From an uncultured Prochlorococcus sp. (GTDB lineage Bacteria; Cyanobacteriota; Cyanobacteriia; PCC-6307; Cyanobiaceae), in the NCBI GenBank assembly GCA_902600395.1, contig CACKJL010000001.1, positions 3,266 through 67,265 on the forward strand: DNA of 64,000 nt, read 5' to 3'. Position numbers and translations under genes: made by a program. Positions 55,197 through 64,000 of this stretch are shown here, one piece after another (position 1 is the stretch's first letter; the number at the start of each line of letters is the position of its first letter). The notes beneath the pieces are model-generated. The model was not told the origin of the DNA. It worked only from the letters and a program-made list of their open reading frames with translations, and did no database searches.

Positions 55197-55553
55197 ATGC
55201 TAACTGGTAGCGATCTCCTTGCAAAAGTTAAAGAACTTGGTGATGTTAGCAAATCTGACCTAGTTCGCGCCTGTGGATATGTTTCCACTAAAAAAAACGG
55301 AGGTGAACGCTTAAACTTTACCGCATTTTATGAAGCACTTTTAGAAGCAAAAGGGGTTAATCTTGGTGATTCTGGAGTTGCAGGTATTGGAAAAGGTGGA
55401 AGAAAACTTAGTTATATTGCTACAGTTCAAGGCAATGGAAATCTTCTGATTGGGAAAGCATATACAGCACTTCTTGATCTAAAAGCAGGTGATGAATTCG
55501 AAATTAAGCTGGGAAGAAAACAAATCAGATTATTACCTACAGAAGAATCGTAA
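55197..55553 (+). CDS. Cyanobacterial AbrB-like transcriptional regulator
   Basis: LTG..LL..VK, ACGY, FYEALLEAKG, VQGNGNLLIGKAYT and GDEFEIKLG motifs. Confidence 0.9.
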   Translation: MLTGSDLLAKVKELGDVSKSDLVRACGYVSTKKNGGERLNFTAFYEALLEAKGVNLGDSGVAGIGKGGRKLSYIATVQGNGNLLIGKAYTALLDLKAGDEFEIKLGRKQIRLLPTEES

Positions 55554-55635
55554 AGACAACAACAATAAATTGGTTATGACATTTTTAATTAATTTTATAT
55601 AAATAATTCTTTTAATTAATAAATTATCTTTGTAT

Positions 55636-56478
55636 TTATTTTTTTTGATCAGCAGCTAAACGCATTTCTTTACAAAACTCACCAACATGATCGACAACAT
55701 CTTTTTCACTTGAGCTCGAGATTCGTTTTACAAATGCACTCCCAATAATTACTCCATCTGCTCCCCACTCACGAACTTTATTAACATGTTCTGGAGTTGA
55801 TATTCCAAAACCAACAGCAATTGGATTGCTATTTACATCTTTTAATTTAGCAATAAGATTTTCTACTCTATTTTCCATTTTGTTTCTCTCACCAGTGACA
55901 CCTGTAACACTTACTAAATAAGTAAAACCTTTTGTATGATTTGATATTTGTTTCATTCTTTCAAAAGGAGTAGTTGGCGCTACCAATAAAATTAAGTCCA
56001 TAGAATGATTACTAACTATTTTAGAAAATTTATAAGCTTCCTCCAAAGGGAGGTCAGGAACTATTAGTCCAGAAACTCCAGCATCAGATGCCATCTCACA
56101 AAACCTTTCAAAGCCAAAACATAATAATGGATTCAAGTAAGAAAAAAGGATGATGGGGATATTTAATTTACCTTTTAAAGACTCTAAAAGTTTAATTACT
56201 TTTCTTAAGCTAGTACCTGACTTTAAGGCGCGAGAGGCCGCCACTTGAATAACAGGTCCATCTGCAAGTGGGTCACTATACGGGATGCCTAATTCAATAA
56301 GGTCAGCTCCATTTTCTTGTAACTTTAATAAGATCTCAGACGTTATTTCAATATTGGGATCCCCTGCCATTATAAAAGGCATTAAAGCAAATTTTCTTTT
56401 ATTTTTTAACTCACAAAACATCTCATCTACCTTGGATAAAGATTCATTTTTAGTAATTTGCATTTTGTTATCTTTCAT
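55636..56478 (-). CDS. trpA: Tryptophan synthase alpha chain
   Basis: ELGIPYSDPLADGPVIQ, GVTG, VGFGI and DGVIIGS motifs. Confidence 0.97.
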   Translation of the reverse strand: MKDNKMQITKNESLSKVDEMFCELKNKRKFALMPFIMAGDPNIEITSEILLKLQENGADLIELGIPYSDPLADGPVIQVAASRALKSGTSLRKVIKLLESLKGKLNIPIILFSYLNPLLCFGFERFCEMASDAGVSGLIVPDLPLEEAYKFSKIVSNHSMDLILLVAPTTPFERMKQISNHTKGFTYLVSVTGVTGERNKMENRVENLIAKLKDVNSNPIAVGFGISTPEHVNKVREWGADGVIIGSAFVKRISSSSEKDVVDHVGEFCKEMRLAADQKK

Positions 56479-56506
56479 AATTTTTAGATATTTTTCTATG
56501 AAAAAT

Positions 56507-56827
56507 TTATGGATTGTTCTCTAAATCTTCCATAAGTTTTTGTTGCTCTTCCTTTGATAATGAGTTGAATTTGGTTTCTAGTTTATCATTAACAACTTTT
56601 TCATACTCTTTTCTATAACGCTTCCTTTGTTCCATAAAAGTCATTTTTCCATTTACAACTCTATAAACATAAGATGTTACCCAAGTAATAACAATCACAA
56701 TCAAGATACAACTTGATAGAGTAGTGGCTGTAAAATTATCGATACCAATTTGCGGTGCGAATTTATAACTAATTAATCCTATTAATGAAATAAATAAACC
56801 TATTTGTATAACTTTTCCTTTAGTCAA
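56507..56827 (-). CDS. DUF3007-family membrane protein
   Basis: Two TM helices, W..SY..RV..GKMTFMEQR..Y; typical ndhL-DUF3007-trpA order. Confidence 0.85.
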   Translation of the reverse strand: MTKGKVIQIGLFISLIGLISYKFAPQIGIDNFTATTLSSCILIVIVITWVTSYVYRVVNGKMTFMEQRKRYRKEYEKVVNDKLETKFNSLSKEEQQKLMEDLENNP

Positions 56828-56831
56828 TTAT

Positions 56832-57065
56832 TTACCCTTTACCACTTCCTTTTAGTCTAAGATTTAAAAATGGAGAAAATAAAATTAAACCTGGAAAGAA
56901 AAGAAATACAAGGCCATAAATTCCTAATCTTTCAAATTTGCCCATAATATTCCATCTATTATTCATCCAGTAAAATAGTAACAATGGGATAACCAATAAA
57001 TAGGTAGAAATAATTCCGATATAAGCAATTAAAGTAGCTAATGAATTATTAAAAAAACTTTCCAT
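56832..57065 (-). CDS. ndhL: NAD(P)H-quinone oxidoreductase subunit L
   Basis: [27 protein letters not shown]. Confidence 0.92.
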   Translation of the reverse strand: MESFFNNSLATLIAYIGIISTYLLVIPLLLFYWMNNRWNIMGKFERLGIYGLVFLFFPGLILFSPFLNLRLKGSGKG

Positions 57066-57143
57066 TTTAATTTATGGTTGCTTAGTTAAAACATAACAAC
57101 TATTGGAAGTTATCGTCAGAACTAAAAATAAATAATTAAATAA

Positions 57144-57229
57144 TGGGAGTGGGGGGACTTGAACCCCCACGAGCTAAATCGCTCGACGGATTTTAAGTCC
57201 GGCGCGTCTACCAATTCCGCCACACTCCC
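57144..57229 (-). tRNA. trnL: tRNA-Leu(UAA), no intron, CCA not encoded
   Basis: Acceptor GGGAGTG/CACTCCC; anticodon loop CTTAAAA (TAA at 57195-57193); long variable arm CGAGC/GCTCG; T-arm GGGGG-TTCAAGT-CCCCC. Confidence 0.97.
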
Positions 57230-57328
57230 AAAGGAATTTGCGCTTTCTAATCGTAGCTGAAAGTAACCCATTTAACCAAGAAAAATCGGAATATTTACAC
57301 TTTTAATTGTCATATTAAATCTAATTTT

Positions 57329-58378
57329 TTAATTTACTATTCCTTCTACTTGCCATTGTAAAGTTTCACCTGCATGAAATGGTTTTATTTGTCCGACAAT
57401 ATTTTTTTCTTCAACAACATCAATATATTCTTTGATTTTGTTAGGTCTAGAAACTACTTTTAATTTTTCTTTATTTGGTGGGACATTATAAAAATTAGGG
57501 CCATTCAAACTTGCAAACTTTTCAAAATTTTCTAGAGCATCCTCCTCTTCAAAAACTGTTAAGTAGCTTTCTATCGCTACTGGCGAATTAAAAATGCCTG
57601 CACATCCACAAAAAGCCTTCCACTTTCTAAGGTGTGGAGCAGAGTCAGTCCCCAAGAAAAAACATTTTTCCCCACTTGTTGCCGCTCTCCTTAAAGCGAT
57701 TCTATTATTTTCCCTCTTAGCAACTGGTAAGCAGTAAAAATCACTATTTAAGCCACCAAAAAACATTGCATTTCTATTTATATGCAAATGATGCGGAGTA
57801 ATAGTAGCCCCAATATTATTTTCTTTCACAAAATCAACTGCGTAAGAGGTGGTTATATGTTCTAGAACGATTTTTAATTTTGGAAATCTTTTGGTTATTT
57901 GAGAAAGTTCTTTATCTATAAAAACTTCTTCTCTATCGAATACATCTACTTCAGAATCAGTCACTTCCCCATGAATTAAAAGAGGCATTCCAGAATCTTG
58001 CATTAATTCAAAGATCTTATATAGATTTTCTATTTTCCTAACTCCATGACTGGAATTTGTTGTGGCATTAGCAGGATATAATTTTGCTGCAAAAAAAACA
58101 TTATTTTTAAAACCATTAATTAGTTCCCCTTTATCAGTGTCATCTGTAAGATAAATTGTCATTAATGGTTCAAACTTAGAACTTTCTGGTAGCGCTTCAA
58201 CAATAGATTTCCTATAAGAAATAGCTCTATTGATTGATGTTATGGGACTTTTAGTATTTGGCATAACAATGGCTCTTCCAAAATATTCCGAAGTAAACTG
58301 AATGATATTTTTTAATACGAGACCTTCTCTTAAATGTAAATGCCAATCATCAGGTTTTATTATGTTTAAAGTCTTCAA
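57329..58378 (-). CDS. pyrC: Dihydroorotase (type II)
   Basis: DDWHLHLR, VMPN, KLYPA.ATTNS, HGE, EHITT and GTDSAPH motifs. Confidence 0.96.
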   Translation of the reverse strand: MKTLNIIKPDDWHLHLREGLVLKNIIQFTSEYFGRAIVMPNTKSPITSINRAISYRKSIVEALPESSKFEPLMTIYLTDDTDKGELINGFKNNVFFAAKLYPANATTNSSHGVRKIENLYKIFELMQDSGMPLLIHGEVTDSEVDVFDREEVFIDKELSQITKRFPKLKIVLEHITTSYAVDFVKENNIGATITPHHLHINRNAMFFGGLNSDFYCLPVAKRENNRIALRRAATSGEKCFFLGTDSAPHLRKWKAFCGCAGIFNSPVAIESYLTVFEEEDALENFEKFASLNGPNFYNVPPNKEKLKVVSRPNKIKEYIDVVEEKNIVGQIKPFHAGETLQWQVEGIVN

Positions 58379-58496
58379 AGTTTTTTCTATTTAGTCAATT
58401 TTAACAGCTAATTAAAATTGACAATAAATTATAGATATTCGAGGATAGTTATTAACCCATTATGAAAATTTTTATTATCTAAATTAAATCCTAAAT

Positions 58497-59576
58497 ATGA
58501 GTGATTTTTTATTTCCAATAATAGAAATATTTTTAGGCGTAGTTCTACTTTTTGCTGGAGGAGAGTTCTTTATTCAAGGAGCCATATTTTTATCTTTAAT
58601 TTTAGGAATACCTCAAATAGTTATTGGTTTGACAGTTGTTTCTCTTGGAACAAGCTCTCCTGAATTGTTGGTAAGTTTGAGTTCAATTTTAAAAGGCAGT
58701 GATTCGCTTGCGGCAAGCAATGTAATTGGAAGCAATATTTTTAATGTTCTCGTTGTTTTGGGCATAAGCTCATTGATAACACCTCTTAAAGTAAAAAGCA
58801 GAATAGTCAGAAGAGATGTGCCTCTTTTAATGGCAATTTCTTGTGCAGTTTGGGCTATGTCATCAACAGGCGTATTAACATTGCAAGCAGGGGTATTTCT
58901 AATATTTTGTTTAATCTTAAATACAATATGGGAAATAAATACCATCAATGAAAAAGGAGAGGAGACAAAAGATGCTGAACCAGAGATAGAAGAATTAAAA
59001 GATAACTATAAACAGAAAATGAATATTTTACTAAAGTTAATATTGGGAATATTTCTTTTAAGCTTTGGTTCAAACATTTTAGTAAATGGTTCTCAAACGC
59101 TCGCTACTCTTTTGGGTGTAAATGAAATTATTATTGGTTTAACTATCGTCGCAACTGGGACATCTTTACCAGAATTAGTAACTTCAATAATTGCTGCGTT
59201 TAAAGGCAAAACAGATCTTGCGATTGGGAATGTAATAGGGAGTAATTTACTAAATCAACTTTTAATCCTTGGGAGTTGCAGTATTTTTTCAGGATTTAAA
59301 GGTTTAGTAATTGAACAGAGTCTAATAAAAGTTGACTTACCTTTTATGGTTTTAACTACCTTTGCATGCTTACCAATCTTCTGGAGCAAAGGGAAAATCA
59401 CAAGAATTGAAGGATTTATTTTGCTTAATCTTTATATTTTCTACATTCTCGATAAGATACTTTTCCTGAATGAATTTAACTTCCTTTCTGAATTAAGGAT
59501 AGGTTTATTTATTTACTTTACATTGCTTATAGTATTTCTGATTGTTCAAGAAAAATTAAAATTTTCTAATTCATAA
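58497..59576 (+). CDS. Calcium/sodium antiporter (YrbG/CaCA family)
   Basis: Two alpha repeats: GTSSPE..GSNIFN and GTSLPE..GSNLLN. Confidence 0.92.
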   Translation: MSDFLFPIIEIFLGVVLLFAGGEFFIQGAIFLSLILGIPQIVIGLTVVSLGTSSPELLVSLSSILKGSDSLAASNVIGSNIFNVLVVLGISSLITPLKVKSRIVRRDVPLLMAISCAVWAMSSTGVLTLQAGVFLIFCLILNTIWEINTINEKGEETKDAEPEIEELKDNYKQKMNILLKLILGIFLLSFGSNILVNGSQTLATLLGVNEIIIGLTIVATGTSLPELVTSIIAAFKGKTDLAIGNVIGSNLLNQLLILGSCSIFSGFKGLVIEQSLIKVDLPFMVLTTFACLPIFWSKGKITRIEGFILLNLYIFYILDKILFLNEFNFLSELRIGLFIYFTLLIVFLIVQEKLKFSNS

Positions 59577-59578
59577 TT

Positions 59579-60943
59579 TTATCCATACATAGTCACAAAT
59601 TCTTCTGAGATAGTTGGGTGCAAAGCCATAGTAATATCAAAGTCTTTTTTTGTTATCCCTGCATTTAATGAAATTGATATCATTTGAATAATCTCAGACG
59701 AAGTTTCTCCAAACATATGACATCCTAGGACTTTGTCAGTTAGCTTATGAACTACAATCTTCAACATACATTTTGATTTATTCTTTTTAAAGGTATTAGA
59801 CATAGGGGTAAATTTGCATTTGAAAATTTTTATATTTTTTTCAGAGTAAATCTCTTTAGCTCTTTTCTCACTTAAGCCAACTGTTGAAATTTCTGGAATA
59901 GTAAATACGGCCTTAGGGATATATTCATAATTTACTTTTCTTCTTTGGTCATTAAAAAAATTATCCGAAAAAACTCTCCCTTGTTCTATTGCTACTGGAG
60001 TTAAGTTTGGCTTATTTATGATATCGCCAACTGCAAAAATATTTGAAATGCTTGTTTGATTAAATTCATCGACATCTAAATATTGGCCATCCATCTTTAG
60101 ATTTAAAAAATCTAAATTTAAAGCCAAAAGATTTGGTTCTCTTCCTGTAGCAATAAGAATATTATTAGTTAGGAGTTTATCTCCCGAGTCTAGGGTAGAT
60201 TCCAGATTTCCATTTACTTTTTTGATAAAATTTAATTGAGTATTGGGGATTATATTTATTTCAGTAAAAGTAGGTGATTCCTCTAGGCATGAAGAAAGAT
60301 CCTCATCAAAACCATTAAGTAAATGTTGACCTCTAATTAATTGAGTCACTTCAGTACCTAAATTTCTGAAAATAGAAGCAAATTCACAAGCAATATATCC
60401 ACCTCCTACAATTAATATTGATTTAGGAAACTTTTCTAATTCAAAAATATCGTCACTAGTCCACGCCAAATTCTCCCCAGGAATATTTAATTTCTTTGGT
60501 TTACCTCCAACTGAAATAAGAATTTTTTTTGAACTTATTTTATTTTTAATTTTCTTTGTCTTTGAACAAATAATTTCTAATTCATTTTGAGTAATAAATT
60601 TTCCTAAGCCTTCAAAAATAGTTATATTCAACTTTTTTAAAGAATTTCTATGTAAATTACTTAATCTAGAAACCTCCTCTCTAACATTCTTCAACAAAAT
60701 ATTTGATTCAAATTTAATACCTTCATTTTTTAATCCATATCCTTCAGAAGAATCCATATTTTTTTTACTTTTAGCTGCATAAACCATTAATTTCTTAGGC
60801 ACACATCCCCTTATCACACAAGTTCCTCCTATTTGATTTGCTTCTATGATTGCGACTTTTGCTCCATAACTAGCTGCACGTTTAGCCGCCGCGAGTCCTC
60901 CAGATCCAGCGCCAACAACAATTAAATCAAATTCAAATTCCAA
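59579..60943 (-). CDS. gor: Glutathione-disulfide reductase
   Basis: GAGSGG, GGTCVIRGCVPKK, GGGYIA.E and HPT.SEE motifs. Confidence 0.94.
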   Translation of the reverse strand: MEFEFDLIVVGAGSGGLAAAKRAASYGAKVAIIEANQIGGTCVIRGCVPKKLMVYAAKSKKNMDSSEGYGLKNEGIKFESNILLKNVREEVSRLSNLHRNSLKKLNITIFEGLGKFITQNELEIICSKTKKIKNKISSKKILISVGGKPKKLNIPGENLAWTSDDIFELEKFPKSILIVGGGYIACEFASIFRNLGTEVTQLIRGQHLLNGFDEDLSSCLEESPTFTEINIIPNTQLNFIKKVNGNLESTLDSGDKLLTNNILIATGREPNLLALNLDFLNLKMDGQYLDVDEFNQTSISNIFAVGDIINKPNLTPVAIEQGRVFSDNFFNDQRRKVNYEYIPKAVFTIPEISTVGLSEKRAKEIYSEKNIKIFKCKFTPMSNTFKKNKSKCMLKIVVHKLTDKVLGCHMFGETSSEIIQMISISLNAGITKKDFDITMALHPTISEEFVTMYG

Positions 60944-60961
60944 GACTTTTTTTAATCAATT

Positions 60962-60967
60962 ATTATA
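60962..60967 (-). promoter_or_regulatory. Candidate -10 box for gor
   Basis: Minus-strand TATAAT 18 nt upstream of the gor TTG, in the 52-bp divergent gap. Confidence 0.35.
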
Positions 60968-60995
60968 ACGTTAGTTTATAGCTTTAATTCAAATA

Positions 60996-62225
60996 ATGAA
61001 TGGGATTTTGACATGGGATGATTTAAATAAATTTGAAGTTGAAGATCTTGATAGAGTCCATGGTATAAATAATTCCTACGCAAATTTAAGATTATTTGGA
61101 CATAGTGAAAATGATGTATTAGTTACCCTATATAGGGATAGGCATTCTTGGTGCCCATACTGTCAGAAGATATGGTTATGGCTTGAATTTAAGAAAATTC
61201 CATACAGAGTCAAGAAAATAAATATGTTTTGCTACGGCCAAAAAGAAAGTTGGTTCCTTGAAAAAGTCAGATCGGGGAAATTACCTGCAATTGAATTTAA
61301 ACGGCAAGTTATAACTGAAAGCGACGATATCATAGCTTTTTTAGAAAATGAATTTGGAGCACTTGGATCTTTTATTACATCTAGTCACCTTATCAAAATT
61401 CGAGAGTTAGAAAGAGAAATTTTCAGGTCCTGGTGTAATTGGCTCTGCCGAGAAAGCTTTAATTTTATAGATAACTCTTTTAGAAAAAAAAGATTTAAAG
61501 AAACCATTTCTAAACTTGATGAAATCTTAAGTAGCTCAAAATCAGGTTTTGTTGATCCATCAGTTTCTAACACGGGTGATATAGAGCCTGGTGTTGGAGA
61601 TATAATTTTTGTTCCCTATATGGAGAGAATGAATGCATCACTTTTTTATTATAAAGGGTTTAATTTAAGATCTAATTATCGTCATGTAGATAACTGGCTT
61701 ACCCTGTTTGAGGGAACAAGTGCTTATAGAGGCACTCAAGGAGATTTTCATACACATTCTCATGATTTACCCCCACAAATGGGAGGATGCTATAAAGAAA
61801 GCAATGAACAACAGATTACTTTCTCAAATTTAATAGATACTGGGGAGGGTTTAGGTAATTATGAATTAAACCAAAATTATGAGTCAAAATATTATGCAAC
61901 AATTGCTCTTAAAAGAGTGATAAAGCATAAAGACAATTTACAAAAGGTAAACCCATACAATAAAGAATCCTTTGACGAATCATTGAGATCAGCTTTGAGC
62001 CATATGATCACAGGTGAAGTATTAATCCCTAAAAAACTTTCAGGAATCTCTTTAAGATACTTAAAAAATAGAATCTCAGTTCCAAGAGATATGCCAATCA
62101 TTTCAGCGAGGTTATTAAGGCAATCATTAAATAGAATTGAATCTCTCAGTGATATCAATGAAATAGATAAGTTACCTTTAAGGCATAGATATGATCAAGA
62201 TCCTATAAATTTCATTTCTAGTTAA
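60996..62225 (+). CDS. Glutathione S-transferase family protein (CPYC active site)
   Basis: WCPYC, G.LPA, TESDDI and C-terminal VPRDM motifs. Confidence 0.88.
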   Translation: MNGILTWDDLNKFEVEDLDRVHGINNSYANLRLFGHSENDVLVTLYRDRHSWCPYCQKIWLWLEFKKIPYRVKKINMFCYGQKESWFLEKVRSGKLPAIEFKRQVITESDDIIAFLENEFGALGSFITSSHLIKIRELEREIFRSWCNWLCRESFNFIDNSFRKKRFKETISKLDEILSSSKSGFVDPSVSNTGDIEPGVGDIIFVPYMERMNASLFYYKGFNLRSNYRHVDNWLTLFEGTSAYRGTQGDFHTHSHDLPPQMGGCYKESNEQQITFSNLIDTGEGLGNYELNQNYESKYYATIALKRVIKHKDNLQKVNPYNKESFDESLRSALSHMITGEVLIPKKLSGISLRYLKNRISVPRDMPIISARLLRQSLNRIESLSDINEIDKLPLRHRYDQDPINFISS

Positions 62226-62233
62226 TAATAAAA

Positions 62234-63628
62234 CTATAAATTTTTTCTTGAATCTATTTGAAGTAAATCTCTTATTTTTTGAACTTGACTTGCAATATTT
62301 GGATCAATAGATAATTTTTTTTCAACTTGTTCAATAGCATACATTACTGTTGTGTGGTCCTTGCCCCCAAACTCATCTCCAATTCTTGGTAGGCTTAGAT
62401 CTGTCCCATGCCTCATAAGATACATACCTATTTGTCTAGCTTGACTTACTGGTTTTCTCCTACTTGAACTGATCAATTCATCAGTAGAAACTTTAAAGAA
62501 ATCTGAAACTTTATTAATAACTTGTTTTGGAGTAACAACTACTCCAACACTATTCGGATCAAGCATTGGAGCAATTGATTGTACTGTCATTGGCAAGCCC
62601 GTTATTGATGCAAATGCAACAGCTCTAGTAAATGCTCCTTCCAATTCTCGAATATTCGAAGTGAATCTTCCTGCTATAAATTGAATTAAATCTCGTGGAA
62701 GACTCATCCTCTCTTGTTCTGCCTTTTTTTGAAGGATGGCTGTCCTCGTCTCAAGATCAGGTGGTTGAATATCTGCAGTCATGCCCATTGAGAACCTTGA
62801 AATTAATCTCTCTTGAATTCCCGACAATTGATTTGGTGGCCTATCACTTGCAATAACTATTTGACTTCCTGATTCGTGAAGAGCATTAAAAGTATGAAAA
62901 AATTCTTCCTGTGTATATTCTTTGCCTTCTAAGAACTGTATATCGTCTATTAAAATCAAATCTACATTTCTATATTTATCTCGAATAGCTGTCATTCCAT
63001 CTCTTCGAATACCACTAATAACATCATTAGTAAAAGTTTCTGTAGATACATATTTAACTTTTGCTTCTGGATCTATTTCTACTCGATAGTGGCCTATTGC
63101 TTGCATTAAATGAGTTTTACCGAGACCTACTCCACCACAAATAAATAATGGATTAAATTCTCTCCCGGGTGATTCGGCAACTGCTAAAGCCGCTGCATGA
63201 GCCAACCTACTATTTGGACCTACAACAAATCTTTTAAAGACGTAGCGTAAATTTAGACCGTTGGGATTTTTGGATCGATTTTTTGAAGAAATATCTTGAC
63301 TATTATTAGGAAATGATTTTGTTTCATGACTCAAAATCTGTTCATCTAGGTTCTCTTTATTCGTTGAATTGCTGCTTATATTTGTTTCAGATTTAAAAAC
63401 AACTTTTACATCATGGCCACATATTTCTTTTGCAGCCTTTTCGATAGTTTGACAATAATTCTTTCTTAACCAATCACTGGAAAATGTATTTGGAGCAATT
63501 AAAGTTAATAAGCCATTTTCAAAGCAATTAAACTTAGCAGGCCTTATCCATGTCTCAAATGAAGGCTTACTTAAAGTTTTTTGAAGTGATTGTTGAACTT
63601 CCGCCCAAATAGGATTAATTGCTTGCAA
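62234..63628 (-). CDS. dnaA: Chromosomal replication initiator
   Basis: [40 protein letters not shown] and GGKDHTTV motifs; TTG start. Confidence 0.98.
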   Translation of the reverse strand: MQAINPIWAEVQQSLQKTLSKPSFETWIRPAKFNCFENGLLTLIAPNTFSSDWLRKNYCQTIEKAAKEICGHDVKVVFKSETNISSNSTNKENLDEQILSHETKSFPNNSQDISSKNRSKNPNGLNLRYVFKRFVVGPNSRLAHAAALAVAESPGREFNPLFICGGVGLGKTHLMQAIGHYRVEIDPEAKVKYVSTETFTNDVISGIRRDGMTAIRDKYRNVDLILIDDIQFLEGKEYTQEEFFHTFNALHESGSQIVIASDRPPNQLSGIQERLISRFSMGMTADIQPPDLETRTAILQKKAEQERMSLPRDLIQFIAGRFTSNIRELEGAFTRAVAFASITGLPMTVQSIAPMLDPNSVGVVVTPKQVINKVSDFFKVSTDELISSSRRKPVSQARQIGMYLMRHGTDLSLPRIGDEFGGKDHTTVMYAIEQVEKKLSIDPNIASQVQKIRDLLQIDSRKNL

Positions 63629-63792
63629 AATTTTATTCTCTAGATTATCAATCTAGTTGGAATTTAATAATTGGCCATTAGGAAATCACAAGATCACGAC
63701 AAATTTAAAATTACTTAACAAACCATCATACAAATTTATAAGAAAATTTTATTTTTTATAGGCATATAATTATTTTAAATAGCAATAAATTT

Positions 63793-64000
63793 TTGGATAA
63801 AGCATTACTTATTATCATGGCAAAATGGCATGCTTTTGGAAGATGCAAAACAAGATTATCTAAAGATATAGGTAAAAATAATTCTGCAAAGGTTCAAAGT
63901 GTAATGACCAAACACACTATTTCAGTCGCAAAATTTCTCCAAGAAAAAAAACTAATTGATATTTCGATTGCTATATCTGGTTTGGGGGTAGGTAACTGTA
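63793..64000 (+). CDS. DUF2064/TIGR04282-like glycosyltransferase-related protein (partial, runs off window end)
   Basis: Not in the ORF track. Manual translation from TTG 63793 gives MDKALLIIMAKWHAFGRCKTRLSKDIG..., matching the family N-terminus (LIIFAK.P..G.VKTRL). Confidence 0.7.
   Translation, partial: MDKALLIIMAKWHAFGRCKTRLSKDIGKNNSAKVQSVMTKHTISVAKFLQEKKLIDISIAISGLGVGNC

Noticed and set aside
54299-55553. HTH-like and AbrB genes as toxin-antitoxin or prophage remnants
   Set aside because: There is no toxin, integrase or phage gene, and the AbrB is the standard cyanobacterial regulator type
58418-58446. TTGACA as a -35 box for the antiporter
   Set aside because: No acceptable -10 hexamer at 16-18 nt spacing

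Overview
AT-rich, gene-dense core-genome segment of a marine picocyanobacterium. Gene content, gene order and protein sequences point to a high-light Prochlorococcus marinus (recognised from memory, not a database search). About 59 CDS run from hisS to dnaA, plus one intron-less tRNA-Leu(UAA). They cover cell wall (amiC, murI, glmU, murF), glycogen (glgA, glgB), quinones (sds, menB, menD), a Mn-type ABC transporter, trpS-thrS-glk-thrB, ndhD/ndhL, petE, hemE, clpB, a group-2 sigma factor, trpA, pyrC, gor and a GST. I see no CRISPR array, integrase, transposase, prophage or clear genomic island, and no convincing new multi-gene system. The best leads are small-scale. (1) A 140-aa protein between hisS and a dnaQ-like gene has a strict 30-nt Gly/Met decapeptide repeat, a His-rich linker and a DUF3721-like tail with its own internal SD+ATG. 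(2) comB apparently starts at a non-canonical ATT codon. (3) A ribbon-helix-helix-like protein heads the trpS-thrS operon. (4) A sigma factor/DUF1232/HTH/AbrB regulator cluster. (5) Several short intergenic repeats.
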